64,000 bases of DNA from Mytilus californianus (lineage: Eukaryota). Where the stretch lies: NCBI RefSeq assembly GCF_021869535.1, contig NW_026262734.1, positions 40,024,487 through 40,088,486 of the forward strand, given 5' to 3'. A model generated the notes under the pieces. That model did not search any database and was not told where the DNA came from. It saw nothing but the letters and a program-made list of their open reading frames with translations. Position 1 is the first letter of the stretch, and each line of letters opens with the position of its first letter. Positions 25,430-38,454 of the stretch are shown piece after piece. The translations under genes and the position numbers were made by a program.

Positions 25430-27466
25430 TCTGAACACGGAAACACGTGAAATAACAAATCGCAAAAACGTTGCACGGAAAAAAACACTCTGGAAAAACG
25501 AAGCCATTGGAACTTATCTAAGATTTTAATGAATAGGACAGACAGATGCAGATCTGTGCATTTTGGTGAAAATATACCACCCATGAGCGCTCCTATAATG
25601 CATTCTTTTTTGACCTCATATGTGACTTTATTTTATTAATGGAATCTTTTTATCTTGAATGTAAAAGTTATGCCTCTTCAATAATGGTTTTATAATTTGA
25701 TCAAGTAAGTATCTCTGGAGGGAGAGTTGCATTTATTGATGATTGGTTGGTAACGAACATTAATGTGTCCTGGTAGCTGACCAGTTCGCAATGCCTCTTT
25801 ACTTATTTCTAGATTAATTTTATGGAAGAAGGTACATGTGTCCCCCATGTTTTGAATCATTATTATTCTTTAAGAAATTATATGTCTGGGAATCTTTTTT
25901 TTTCCCTCATTGCTTTATATTTAACACTTCTCTCAACATGCCAAAATTGTAATGATTTACAATAAAAAGAAAATATTATCTTCCACACACATGACCATGC
26001 AAACACTGATATAATTTCTTATTCAGTTGAATTAATAATTAGAATAAAAAAGTTCTAAGGTTCACGCATTGTCTTTTTTTTTTTAAATAGCAACTTGTTT
26101 AATCAGTTTTATCATCTAATTTCCTTTTCAAATAAACAAAATAGGGATTGTTAATGTTGTTTATCTTTTATGTCAACTGAATTGTACCATTGTACAAAAT
26201 GTGTACATTATAAAAATGTTTTTGTTGTGGTAAGAATTTTGTTGTAAATTAACACATAAAATCTGCACTTTTATCTCAATACATTTAAACTGAGAAAACT
26301 CATCCATATAAATTTGATTATGTAAACAGTGACTTGTCATAACCAGTACCACATGAGAAATCCAATTGAGGTAAATAGGTAAGTTGGTTGTGAAATCCCC
26401 ATTTCTATTTTTAGACATTATTGTATTGCACCATTGCTGACTAAGGTCAATTAATTGTTGGTGCCAGCATTTTTGATAGGCATAAATTGGAGAGCTTGTA
26501 TGTGAGTAAACATTTAAAACAATTTTTAGATGGTAGCTATACACATTTATTCTTACTGTTAAAAGTTAATAATGTAGACAAGCATATAGCATTTGACCTT
26601 AAGAAGGAGTATTCTGTAGGATAGAGTGACTTTTTGTAAGTTTAGTTATTTTTTAACAAATTTTAGTAGGAAAATTGAAAAAAACTTAAATTTAGATGTG
26701 TTATTTACTTACAAGATTTTTGAATTTCTTCATGTTAAGAAAAACATGAATTCAATACCAGATTTCTTTGATAAAAGTTACTGTAACAATTTTTAGACAA
26801 AATAAAACTGCATGTGTTATACAACTTTTCTCAAGCTGAATAATTGCTGAAGGTGAACCACTCTAAAATTCATCATCAGATGTACAAAACAATTTAGCCT
26901 GCAGACAGAAAATGTTTTTTTTTTATACATATATCTTTTTTTTCAATAAGGCCACGACATAGCTGATTTTATCCAATGAAATAATGACAAAAAATGATAA
27001 CACAATGAATCAATTTAATATGAAAGGAAATAATAATCTTGACGATTTCATATTTTCTCAGCCCAATAGACTTTTAACATGTTTAACAAATAAGCAGAAG
27101 TACACACAGTTATTACACCATGATTATTATGTGTAAGCCAAAATCAATATGTATATATCCTAGTAAATAACTTGAATGCTTGGCTGGGTATATATTGATT
27201 AACTTGGGAAGGTTAAAGGGTATTTATTGTGAATAAATGTTTGGCTTGTATCCAACCAACCTGTAAATCAATTCATTACTGTCAGCATTTTTCAGGTATG
27301 CTCTTGACATAATTAATATATATTCATATATGCCCATTTTTTCACACATTTTTATCACAATGCAAAAGATGTGATGCATTTATTTTTTTTACCTTTATTC
27401 AAAACAATGAAAAGCAAGGTTCAAAATGTAGGACAAAAATTACTGCTGAATTAAGTAATGCTATTT

Positions 27467-27911
27467 CCTACACTGCTACTTTTGCATAGGTACTATTTAT
27501 GTACTAAAAATCTGAAGTACTGCATGGAAATTTACTTTTAACATTTAGTACTATTTCTTTACTTTAAAATTATTGTAATATTTAGGTACCTGTATTTTAC
27601 AGTACTTGATTGGACTAAAAATTTTGGTACAGAAATAATACCAACAGTGATCGCAATATTCCATATGTTTGAAAATCATAACTTAAAGAGATTTGAAATA
27701 GACAAACTTTTAAAATGCTGAAAATGTAATGGTGTAACCAAAAATCTGTAGTACTTAAATTTCAAGTACAAATCAAGTACTGTAAAATACAGGTACCTAA
27801 ATATTACAATAAATTTAAAGTAACAAAATAGTACTGAATATTAAAAGTAGATTTCCAGTACTACAGATTTTTGGTACAGAAATAGTACCTATGCAAAAGT
27901 AGCTGTGTAAG
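27467..27911. repeat. Long inverted repeat / foldback, ~170-bp arms, ~100-bp spacer
   Basis: Left arm ctacactgctacttttgcataggtactatttatgtactaaaaatctgaagtactg...taggtacctgtattttacagtacttgatt is the reverse complement (~85% identity) of right arm aatcaagtactgtaaaatacaggtacctaaatattacaat...cagtactacagatttttggtacagaaatagtacctatgcaaaagtagctgtgtaag. Confidence 0.75.
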
Positions 27912-28849
27912 ATATATTTCACAATTTTCTTTGTTTTTTAAAATTTATGACTTCTTCTGGATGTTATAGGTTTGAAAAAGTATCATAGATACTATCTAGC
28001 CTGTCCTCTTCATTTTATGTTAATGGAATGTTATAAGTATGCAAGACCTGCAGGGCTTGAGGTCATATAGTCCAAATATATAGTATTGGACAGACGATTC
28101 TGTTGTTTAGCATGTTTAGTGATCTATAGTTTGTATAACTTTTACATCATTTGGTTTCTGGTGGAGAGTTGTGTAGGAGTGGTATCTATGATGGTTTATT
28201 ATTCGGGTCTCTACCATTATGTAGGAGTAGGCTTTTACTCCTATAAGAAAAGTTTTAGATACGGGGGAAAATTGTCTCGGTTCACTAGCTCACATATAAA
28301 AGGTACTCCATTTTATAACTATAATTGTTTATTAAACATGTGATGCATCCATAATATTTCATATCAAACAGATTCACAATAATATATAATTCCAGCAATA
28401 GATGTTTATATGACAAATACAATTCTCAAAGTCAATTAAAACTGACTAAGACCTAACTCTATAATTAATTTAACTGACCGTTTAGCCTACTACTTAATAT
28501 TCTAAATTTATCTTAAGTATCAAACCTTTGACCTTTTAATTACCAAATAGAAATGCTGAATTAGACAGAACATATTTATCTAAGAATCTTTTATGTCTCA
28601 TGTGGTGGTCAATAACATGTGAAATAAACAATTAATTACAATTAATTACTTTTCTGAACTACTTCTACTAAAGACACTAAAATCAACATCTGTTGTTCAC
28701 TAATAAAATTAAGCATGCAAATTCTTTTATCTTTAACATGAAATAATTGAAATACTGAAAATTGTTTAAAATGTAACTTTTCAATTTGTAATGTAAATTT
28801 ACTCTACTATAGTTGTCTCATTGGCAATCATACCACATCTATTTATTTT

Positions 28850-29800
28850 TATACGACCGCAAAAAAAATTTTGGGATCGTATAATGGTATCATGTCGTCG
28901 TCCGAAGACACATTGGTTTCCGGACAATAACGTTAGTTTAAGTGAATGGATCTCTATGAAATTTTTTAAGAAGGTTCAATACCACAAAAGGAAGGTTGGG
29001 ATTGATTTTGGGGATGATGGTCCCAACCGTTAAGAATTTAGGGGCTCAAAAGGGGCCCAAAACAAGCATTTTCTAGTTTCAGGATAATAACTTGTGTATA
29101 AGTATTTTGATTGCTCTGAAATTGTACCACAATGTTTAATACCACAAGTAGAAGGTTGGGATTCATTTTAGGGGTCATGGGGCCAACAGTTTAGGAATTA
29201 AGGGCCAAAAACAAGCATTTTTCTAGTTTCCAGACATTAACTTGTGTGTAAGTGTATGGATCTCTCTGACATTGTACCACAAGGTTCCATATCATAAAGG
29301 GAAGGCTGGGATTGAGTTTGGGGTTAATTGCCCAAAACATGTAGAAATTAGGGGCCAAAAAAGGGCCAAAAACAAGCATTTTTCTAGTTTCCAGACAATA
29401 ACTTGTGTTTAAGTGTATGGATCTCTCTGAAATTGGACTACAAGGTTCCATACTTCAAAGGCAATGCTTCGATTGAGTTTTGTGGTTATTGCTCCAAGGG
29501 GGGTTTCAAAAAGTTGGGAGGGATTTTTTAAGGGATTCATATTTTTTTCAAAATTTTTCAAATTTCAAATTTTTGAAAAGTTTCAAGAACAAATCTTCAA
29601 TTGCACAGTATTGCGCAATAGATTTGTAAGATCTTTGACCACATTTATTTTGTGTCAGAAAACCTATATTATGTCAGAAATTTGATCACAATCCAAATTC
29701 AGACAGTATCAAGCTTGAATATTGTGTCCAAATTTGCCCCAACTGTTCAGGGTTCGACCTCTGCGGTCGTATCAGGCTGTGCTCAGCGAAGCATTTTATT
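28850..29800 (-). mobile_element. Composite hairpin-ended element, copy E4
   Basis: Hairpin tatacgaccgcaaaaaaaattttgggatcgtata at 28850..28882 followed by gtcgtcgtccgaagacacattggtttccggacaataac. Four ~160-bp units. A 35-bp satellite fragment. Terminus ccccaactgttcagggttcgacctctgcggtcgtatcaggctgtgctcagcgaagcattttatt at ~29740..29800. Confidence 0.7.
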
Positions 29801-30108
29801 ATATTATGCAGTATGCAAGTCTGTCATTTTTATTTTTCTCAGATATAGGTAGATAGGACACTGTCAAACTCAACATTGGTGTCCAAAAGGCTTAAAAGTT
29901 ATTTAATTCTTCTCTTTTTAAAGACAAAATAATGTTTTCATATTAAGATATCTAATATTTTCCTGAAAGAAAAATATTTTAGAAAAATGTCAGTGAAATT
30001 TTCCACAAATCAAGGACTCTGTGTGATTTGATAAGGGAGGTAATTTTTTTACAGATAACACATGAGGGGAGAAAATTAATCTGGACATTACAGCAAATCA
30101 ACCACAAA

Positions 30109-30925
30109 TCGTATATTGGTATCACGTCGGCGTCAGCGTCGTCCGAAGACATTTGGTTTCCGGACAATAACTTTAGTTTAAGTGTATGGATCTCTTTGAA
30201 ATTTAAAAAGGTTCAATACCACAAAAGGAAGGTTGGGATTGTTTTTGGGGGTGATGGTCCCAACCGTTTAGGAATCTAAGGGGCAAATGGGGCAAAAACA
30301 AGCATTTTTCTAGTTTCAGGACATAAACTTGTGTATAAGTATTTTAATTGCTCTGAAATTGTACCACAAGGTTCAATACCACAAGTAGAAGGTTGGGATT
30401 CATTTTGGGGGTACTTGCCCAAACCGTTCAGGAATTAGGGGCCAAAAAGGGTCTAAAACAAGCATTTTTCTAGTTTTCAGACAATAACTTGTGTTTAGGT
30501 GTATGGATGTCTCTTAATTTGTACCACATTTTAATTTGGGGGGGGAGGGGGGGGTCCATTTTTTCCCCTCAAGATGAAAGAAACTGTCAATTTTCCAAAG
30601 GAAAAAATTTGGAATCACAATTTATTTTGCTAATTCTTTGTAAAAAGTCTGAAAACAGATTTACTAAGTATTGGGCAACAGCACAGTGTATTGCACAACA
30701 TCAAGAAATCTTCAATTGAATATAAATTCAAATCATACAACCAATTTCAAGTTCTTTGACACATTTATTCTGTGTCAGAAACCTATAATGTGTCAAATAT
30801 TTAATTACAATCCAAATTCAGACCTGTATCAAGCTTGAATATTGTGTCCATTTTTGCCCCAACTGTTCAGGGTTGGACCTCTGTGGTCGTATCCAGCTGC
30901 GCTTGGCGAAGCAGTTTATTACACA
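30109..30925 (-). mobile_element. Composite element, copy E5, truncated at hairpin end
   Basis: Starts tcgtatattggtatcacgtcggcgtcagcgtcgtccgaagacatttggtttccggacaataac without the hairpin. Three ~160-bp units. G-rich tract at 30535..30560. Terminus gttcagggttggacctctgtggtcgtatccagctgcgcttggcgaagcagtttatt. Confidence 0.65.
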
Positions 30926-31398
30926 TTAATTAAACTGTCAAGAAAAATGGATGGAGTTTTGTTATATCACAAACTACATAGTACAGTGGTAAGGGGGCTG
31001 TATTGTCTTCTAGTCTGTGTGTCCTTCTGTGTGCTGGTCCTCCATGTGTCTGTCTGGTATCAGGTTTAAGATTTGGTTTACAGTAGTTTATTTACTATAA
31101 AGTAGTGGTCACATCTACTTGAAACTTAGTACACATGTTCATTATTTATTTGAACATTTAAAAATAAATGCCACATTAAGCAGGGCATGGTATCCATTGG
31201 ATACCATGTACTTGTTTTCTCTATTGTAGAAGTTTACCTTTAACATGTGTTTTTTTATGGTTTACAACCAAAAATATACTTTATAACCAGATAATCAGAT
31301 ATGGTAGATATGTTTACACTTAAATTAACATACAAAGATTTTCCATAAAAATTATTTTGAATTGTAGATAATATTGTAAGACATCATCCACCATCATC

Positions 31399-31538
31399 AT
31401 GTCCGCACCAAGGAGATCAGCAGATGAGCCTATTTACAGAATACCACCATATTACTTTCTACATGTATTGGACCAAAATCTTAACATCACAAGACTAGAG
31501 ATAGGTCCACAGACCTTCATTAGACAGGACAATGAAAG
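31399..31538 (+). CDS. MVP: Major vault protein, coding exon 1 (start codon)
   Basis: ATG at 31399; [46 protein letters not shown](R) aligns to human MVP N-terminus [36 protein letters not shown]; donor AG|gtaagg at 31539. Confidence 0.85.
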
Positions 31539-31938
31539 GTAAGGACTGTTTCTATAGAATGCTTCCATGTTACCTCATTACCTCCTACTCATCTTGGACA
31601 TGTTTGATCAGAACCTTAACATTACAGAACTAAAAAAAGGTCCATAGACCTTTCTTTATAAGGCAGGCCTTTAATTGGTAGGGCCATGGAAGATAATTGG
31701 ATGTAATCACTACTAGTGTTCATTATATACAATTATTCTGGATATTATTTTGCCGTTTTTAATTCACATGAACAAAGAACTTTTGTTAATAATCAAAATT
31801 ATATTTTGAGTTTCTTTACATGTTTAAAGTAGTTAATCATGCTTACGGTATAGACCATTATACCCAACTCTTTCATTTCTCTTAGCAATTACTGTAATAT
31901 GGAGAGTAAAACGTTTACTAATGTGTTGATATTTACAG

Positions 31939-32134
31939 AGTGGTATATGGACCAGAGCGTATGATCACAGTACCCCCAAGGCATTATTGTATCATAGAAA
32001 ACCCAGTACTGAGGGACAAAGAAGCTAAAGTTGTCTTTGATGAAAGTGGACAGGCCAAACTTGTACATGCTGACCAAGAGATAAGATTGGCACAGGATCC
32101 TTTTCCTTTGTACCCAGGGGAAATACTGAAACAG
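31939..32134 (+). CDS. MVP: Major vault protein, coding exon 2
   Basis: Acceptor atttacag|a; split codon AG|A=R then [65 protein letters not shown] (human [12 protein letters not shown]...[19 protein letters not shown]); donor cag|gtatac. Confidence 0.9.
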
Positions 32135-33069
32135 GTATACCACATCTTCCTATATCTATATATGATTTACCAATATGCTGGGCTTTGTTTACATGTATCA
32201 TATTGGAACCTTACTGGTATATATGTATATATGGTCAAATATATTGAGAGGAAATCCCAATTGTTATAGAGGTCATTAGGGTTAATGTCAAGTCATAGAT
32301 ACTAGAAATATACCAAAAATGTGCAGAAAAGTCAGTCAAGGTATTTTGTTTATTGCAATCTAACATATGATCATCACTTATAATGAGGAGAAGTCTGCTT
32401 TTAATTTTGTGTTCACTACATCTAGAATTCATCTGCTGCTCATGTGATAATGTTATAACATTGTCTTTGGAAATGTTCGAAGATATAGTTTGAATGAAAT
32501 CTGATGAAATTGGCTATTTTAACTTTTAACAGTCATGCTGTTGTTATATATACAGTAGAAAATTAGACAGGATGTAGAAAATAACATTTGTAAAATAAGA
32601 AATGAAAAGGAAGTAATCTGAAGTTTACAAGGTCTTGGTTTTATCTTAAATTTACTCAGCCAGTACAGGTAACATTTAAAACTGGTCTATTAAATCAACA
32701 TTGATCATATATAACAAGGAAGTAAGATGTCATAGATGTTTTGAATTGATACCAAATACCTTTAAATGTCTTCTCAAAATTGAATTGACATGTTTGATAG
32801 TTAAACTATTTACTTCAAGGTTAAGACTGTATGTTTTAAATCTTTCGATTTACATGTATTTGATCTTCACCACAAATATGAATTGAACTTATATGAACTT
32901 TTTAGACTTTTGCCTCAAAATCTATTACAAGCCAGTCCTTAGGTTGGAAGCAAAAACATTGATTATCTTTCTTGTTGTTTAATGGCTGTGAACATGGTGA
33001 AAGCCCATTTATACAGTATTTACCATATTAATGGTTGGTAAATGATTAGGATTGAAGGTGAATGCATCC

Positions 33070-33326
33070 TATTTGATTATCTCCTCAATTTGTAGTAGGT
33101 TTTATCACCCTTGAACGTGATAACAGCTAATTTTCACCTTTATTATTTATAGGATGTAACCCTCTAAAAGTGCTAGCAGCTGAATTGATTAACTCCCTTG
33201 TTAATAATAGGTTATAAAACCCCTAAAGTGGTAGCAGCTGATTTGATTAACTTCCTTGTTAATAATAGGTTATAAAACCCCTAAAGTGGAAGCAGCTAAT
33301 TTGATTATCTCCCTTGTTGATTATAG
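33070..33326 (+). repeat. Tandem array (~58-bp unit x5) duplicating the exon 3 acceptor and exon start; four upstream decoy acceptors
   Basis: Units ttgattaac(t/c)cccttgttaataatag|gttataaaacccctaaagtgg(t/a)agcagctga; last unit is the functional acceptor. Upstream copies contain in-frame TAG (gtg gta gca in the real exon becomes g tgg tag in the copies) and a 59-nt frameshifting offset. Confidence 0.85.
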
Positions 33327-33677
33327 GTTGTAACCCCCTTGAAAGTGGTAGCAGCTAACTCAGCTCTTCGGCTCAGAGCTATTTTAGACTTTGAAGATGA
33401 TGATGAGGAAAAGAGAACAGCTGGGGATGAGTGGCTATTTGAAGGACCAGGAACATATATCCCAAGGAAAGAGGTTGTTATTGAGGAGACTGTCAGGGCC
33501 ACAGTTATTAGACCTAACCAGGCCATCCGATTGAGGGCCAGGAAGGAGACCATTGACAGACAAGGCGTTGCTAGGGTAACTGGTGAGGAATGGCTGGTAA
33601 AGAAGACCGGAGCTTACCTCCCTGGAGCTTATGAAGAAGTCGTAGATGTTGTCAACGCTTATGTCTTAACAGATAAG
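33327..33677 (+). CDS. MVP: Major vault protein, coding exon 3 (two vault repeats)
   Basis: Acceptor gattatag|gttgta; [117 protein letters not shown]; donor aag|gtaaag. Confidence 0.9.
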
Positions 33678-34048
33678 GTAAAGTGACTGTATGAGAAAGC
33701 GAATAAAAACAAAAATAATGGTTTTTTTGTTGGAACAAGGAAGTAAAAAAGTAACATAATGTATATGTAATAGTATATTTTTGCTTTATGGTGTCGACAA
33801 CAACTTTACTTAGGTCTGACTCTTTGAAATTTCTGCATTATGTTTTAAATAGATTACAAGACAACTGATGTAAATTTAAAAAAGGCTTTCTGATATCCAA
33901 AAGATGGAATTATATCTAATGCATGTATTTAAAACAAAAACAACATGGAAAATATAAAGAGCATATGAAACAAAAAATAATGTACCCCTTCAATTGATGC
34001 TTATCAGATATATATATGTTTGAAGGAATTTTTTTTTCACATTTGCAG

Positions 34049-34174
34049 AAAGCTCTTCATATGAGATCATTGAGAACATTTAAAGACGACTTTGGTGTAA
34101 CCAGAAAGAATGGAGAGGAATGGTTGATCAAAATGACAGACACAGAGACACACATACCTAATGTGTATGAAGAG
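34049..34174 (+). CDS. MVP: Major vault protein, coding exon 4
   Basis: Acceptor catttgcag|aaagct; KALHMRSLRTFKDDFGVTRKNGEEWLIKMTDTETHIPNVYEE (human [42 protein letters not shown]); donor gag|gtatgt. Confidence 0.9.
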
Positions 34175-34309
34175 GTATGTACCTTACTGGTGTAATAATA
34201 AACACACATACCTAATGTGTATGAAGAGGTATGTACCTTACTGGTGTAATAATAAACACACATACCTAATGTGTATGAAGAGGTATGTACTTTACTGGTG
34301 TAAAATAAT
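34147..34309 (+). repeat. Tandem array (54-bp unit x3) duplicating the exon 4 3' end and donor site
   Basis: aacacacatacctaatgtgtatgaagag|gtatgtaccttactggtgtaataata x3. Use of a downstream copy would insert 54 nt containing an in-frame TAA. Confidence 0.85.
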
Positions 34310-34780
34310 AGATAAATGAGGTAGCCATATGTTCTATACAATCAATGTTTACTTACTGTACATGTCCACAAATGGGATGTTTTTCATTACTGTAAACCAG
34401 CTAATAAAAGGGAGCGATTTATATTTTCGAGAAGAAAAATAACAGGAAAAAGTGTCAAATTGGTCAAACTTACTCAAAGTTATATAGAAAATGGGAATAA
34501 AAATTGTGCAAAATCTGATTAAAAATGACAAATGCTTTTAAAAAAACTATCCTATCTGTGAAATAAGTTGGTTACATTATTCTTGTTTTAATCTCTATAA
34601 TCTAAGTTTTGTTAATAACCATACTTGGAACCCTGCATTGAACATTTTTAATAACAATAATTGGTAAGGTAAAGACAATTGATTTATAAAAATTATTAAT
34701 GAAGAAATCTTCGTTTTATGGAACTATACTTAAAAGTCTGGCTGCTAACTCTTAAAGGACCTACTTTAATTTTTTCTCAG

Positions 34781-34891
34781 GTCGTCGGAGTAGTGAATAT
34801 TACCACACTAACTAGCAGACAATACTGTATCATCCTTGATCCTTCAGATGAACATGGCAGACCACAACTTGGTAGAAAGAAATTAGTCAAG
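34781..34891 (+). CDS. MVP: Major vault protein, coding exon 5
   Basis: Acceptor ttttttctcag|gtcgtc; VVGVVNITTLTSRQYCIILDPSDEHGRPQLGRKKLVK (human [37 protein letters not shown]); donor aag|gtatgt. Confidence 0.9.
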
Positions 34892-36039
34892 GTATGTGAA
34901 CATTTTTTTCATGAGAAATAACTCTTTTGAAAAACATCCAGAGTAAGCTGTATTAAATCTTACAGTTTAAATATGTTATAAAGAGATTGCTTCTTCAGCA
35001 CTAGTCGAAAGAACTGACTAAAGAATGTTAAATGTAAATACATTTACATGTATTTTCATTGCATCTAATTTTTCTTATTTTGTTAGCCTCAGCGTGTATT
35101 TATTTTCTAGTAGTATATGATTATATATATTTATTCAATTATGATAATATTCAATGACTATTTTTATACGACCGCAAAAAAATTTTTGTGGTCGTATATT
35201 GGTATGACGTTGGCGTCGTCGTCGTCCGGCGTCGTCGTCGTCGTCGTCGTCCGGCGTCGTCCGAAGACACATTGGTTTTCGCACTCTAACTTTAGTTTAA
35301 GTGAATGGATCTTTATGAAATTTTACCACAAGGTTCAATACCACAAAAGGAAGGTTGGGATTGATTTTGGGGGTTATGGTAATAACAGTAAAGGAATTAG
35401 GGGCCAAAAAGGGGCCAAAAATAAGCATTTTTGTAACTTCCAGACATAACTTGTGTGTTAGTGTATGGATCTCTCTAACATTGTACCACAAGGTTCCATA
35501 TCACTAAAGGAATGCTGGGATTGATTTTGGGGGTAATTGCCTCCAAATTTTAGGAATTAGGGGCCAAAAAAGGGGCAAAAAACAAGCATTTTTCTAGTTT
35601 CATGACAATAACTTGTGTGTAAGTGTATGGATCTTTCTGAAATTGTACTACAAGGTTCCATATCACAAAGGGAAAGCTGGGTTTGAGTTTGGGGGTAATT
35701 GCCCTAAACGTTTAGGAATTTGGGGCCAAAAAGGGGCCAAAAAACACATTTTTTTCTAGTTTCCAGACAATAACTTGTGTTCAAGTGTATGGATCTCTCT
35801 GAAATTGTACTGCAAGGTACCATACCACAAAGGGAAGGCTGGGATTGAGTTTGGGGGTGATGAATCATAATGGGGGTTCAAAAAATTTTGGGGGGGGGAT
35901 TAATTTTTTTTTCCTTTTTTTTCTTTTTTTCCTTTTTTGTTTCTTTTAAAATTTTCCATTTTAAGTTGGTTATTTCTGATTTATATTTAAAATCAAATAA
36001 TAATGATATGGTAGGAGATACACACCAAACAGGACGTGT

Positions 36040-36265
36040 AAATTATTATATAATAAGTATTGTGCAATAGCAAGAAATTTTCAATTGCACAGTATTGCAC
36101 AATAGCAAGAAATCTTCAATTGCACAGTATTGCGCAATAGCAAGAAATCTTCAATTGCACAGTATTGCGCAATAGCAAGAAATATCCAATAGCACAATAT
36201 TGCGCAATAGCAAGAAATTGTCAATTGTACAGTATTGCGCAATAGCAAGAAATATTTAATAGCAC
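36040..36265. repeat. 35-bp satellite (caattgcacagtattgcgcaatagcaagaaatctt) x6 inside E6
   Basis: Unit contains palindromes caattg and ttgcgcaa; same satellite x12 at 53035..53460 and fragments at 29590 and 60900. Confidence 0.85.
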
Positions 36266-36299
36266 AGGATTGTGCAAAAGAAGATACTTCCTATAAATT

Positions 36300-37470
36300 G
36301 CTTATTTCTTGACCAATTTCAATGGGGTTTTATTCTTGATTTCATGGGGTTCTTTAATATGCTGAATCTAACCGTGTATTTAGTTTTTGGATTTTGGGCC
36401 CCGTTTTTAAATTGGTCCACATTGAGGTCCAAAGGGTCCAAAATTAAACTTTGTTTGATTTCAACAAAAATTGAATATATGGGGTTCTTTGATATGCTGA
36501 ATCAAACCATGTATTTAGATTTTTGATTTTTGGGCCCCGTTATCAACTTTGTCCACATTGTGGTCAAAAGGGTCCAAAATTAAACTTTGTTTGATTTCAT
36601 CAAAAATTGAATTATTGGGGTTCTTTGATATGCCGAATCTAACCGTGTATTTAGATTCTTAATTTTTGGTTCCGTTTTCAAATTGGTCTACATTAAGGTC
36701 CAAAGGGTCCAAAATTAAACTTAGTTTGATTTTAACAAAAATTGAATTCTTAGGGTTCTTTGATATGCTGAATCTAAACATGTATTTAGATTTTTGATTA
36801 TGGGCCCAGTTTTCAAGTTGGTCCAAATCGGGGTCCAAAATTAAACTTTGTTTGATTTCAACAAAAATTGAATATATGGGGTTCTTTGATATGCTGAATC
36901 TAACCATGTATTTAGATTTTTGATTTTTGGGCCCCGTTATCAACTTTGTCCACATTGAGGTCAAAAGGGTCCAAAATTAAACTTTGTTTGATTTCATCAA
37001 AATTTGAATTATTGGGGTTCTTTGATATGCCGAATCTAACCGTTTATTTAGATTCTTAATTTTTGGTTCCGTTTTCAAATTGGTCTACATTAAGGTCCAA
37101 AGGGTCCAAAATTAAACTTAGTTTGATTTTAACAAAAATTGAATTCTTAGGGTTCTTTGATACGCTGAATCTAAACATGTATTTAGATTTTTGATTATGG
37201 GCCCAGTTTTCAAGTTGGTCCAAATCGAGGTCCAAAATTAAACTTTGTTTGATTTCAACAAAAATTGAATATATGGGGTTCTTTGATATGCTGAATCTAA
37301 CCATGTATTTAGATTTTTGATTTTTGGGCCCTGTTATCAACTTTGTCCACATTGTGGTCAAAAGGGTCCAAAATTAAACTTTGTTTGATTTCATCAAAAA
37401 TTGAATTCTTGGGGTTCTTTGATATGCTGAATCTAACCATGTATTTAGATTTTGGATATTGGACCATAAT
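36300..37470. repeat. ~133-bp satellite with 397-bp higher-order (3-unit) periodicity, x9
   Basis: ggggttctttgatatgctgaatctaacc(a/g)tgtatttagatttttgatttttgggccccgtt...tccaaaattaaactttgtttgatttcaacaaaaattgaat. ORFs 36659..36964 and 37056..37361 are near-identical, 397 bp apart. Same satellite in reverse orientation at 10620..11100 and at 53520..53830. Confidence 0.85.
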
Positions 37471-38328
37471 AGGTGAATGTCCAATTTAAAATTTTTAAGT
37501 TCTTAGACCACATTCAATCTGTGTTAGAAACCTATGCTGTGTCAAATATTTAATCACAATCCAAATCCAAAGCTGTATCAAGCTTGAATGTTGTGTCCAT
37601 ACTTCCCCCAACTGTTCAGGGTTCGACCTCTGCGGTCGTATCAAGCTGCGCCCTGCGGAGCATTTTATTTAACTGTGCTGTGGGAACTGTGAAAATAATG
37701 AAAACTTGTAGTGCACTGGAAAATTATAAATACATTTGAAATTCTACACTATTTTTAGGTTGGAATATGATGTTTCTCTAATGTTTGTGCTATTTTCACA
37801 TTTCTTGAGCAGTGTGAGAAAAATATTTCTCCTCACTAGTGAAATATCTGTTCTCAGCAAATGATTGGTCGAAATTTAATTATGACGTTAAATTTTTCTT
37901 CATTTCTTCTGAATTTCCTATTGTGACGTCATGAAAAAGGGCAACCATGCCTGATGACGTCACGTATAAAGAACACAACTTTCTGCAAATCTTTGAAAAG
38001 GAAGGATTAAAATCATCAGAGAAACAGATTCCACCACTATAACTCGTGTATTACGATATTTCTCCACTCTCAACAGTTAAATTTAAATATTTAAAAAGCT
38101 TGGCAAGCCTCGCGCTTTAAATATTAAAATTTAACTGTCTCGAGTGGAGAAATATCGTAACACACTTATTGCAGTGATGGAATCTATATTTCTTAAATTG
38201 ATAAAAAGAAGTTTCGATAGCTGAAAGTTCATAATTTTTTTTTTTCAACAAGGGTCAATTTCTTCTCTTTATGATGTAGAGATAAATATTTGATAACAGT
38301 ATAACTGATTTAAATGTATTTTTGATAG

Positions 38329-38454
38329 GGAGAGTGTTCCTTCTTTTTGTTACCTGGAGAACGATTTGAGAGAGGAATCCAGAATGTCTACGTACTTGGA
38401 GAAGATGAAGGTGTTATACTGAGAGCTACAGAATCATTTAAAGATACAGATGCT
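38329..38454 (+). CDS. MVP: Major vault protein, coding exon 6
   Basis: Acceptor tttgatag|ggagag; GECSFFLLPGERFERGIQNVYVLGEDEGVILRATESFKDTDA (human [33 protein letters not shown]...); donor gct|gtaagt. Confidence 0.85.

Larger units (their letters stand above)
35166..37670 (-). mobile_element. Composite hairpin-ended element, copy E6 (2.5 kb), inserted in MVP intron 5
   Basis: Hairpin tatacgaccgcaaaaaaatttttgtggtcgtata at 35166..35198. (GTC)n tract at 35210..35260. Four ~160-bp units at 35290..35860. G/T homopolymers at 35880..35940. 35-bp satellite at 36040..36265. Nine ~133-bp units at 36300..37470 as a 397-bp higher-order repeat. Terminus ccccaactgttcagggttcgacctctgcggtcgtatcaagctgcgccctgcggagcattttatt at 37610..37670. 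Confidence 0.8.

Noticed and set aside
26173-26544. 123-aa minus-strand ORF (and 93-aa ORF 25098..25379)
   Set aside because: No recognisable motif, no flanking splice or promoter context; hydrophobic/aromatic composition typical of AT-rich random ORFs. Not annotated, but not excluded as a lineage-specific gene.
31090-31100. TATAAA about 300 bp upstream of the MVP ATG as promoter
   Set aside because: Position relative to the true TSS unknown; an acceptor-like attgtag lies 25 nt upstream of the ATG so the first coding exon may not be the first exon. Too weak to call.
36272-37361. Near-identical 101-aa ORFs (36659..36964, 37056..37361) and related ones at 10721..11057
   Set aside because: Translations of the ~133-bp satellite, whose 397-bp higher-order repeat happens to be stop-free in one frame.
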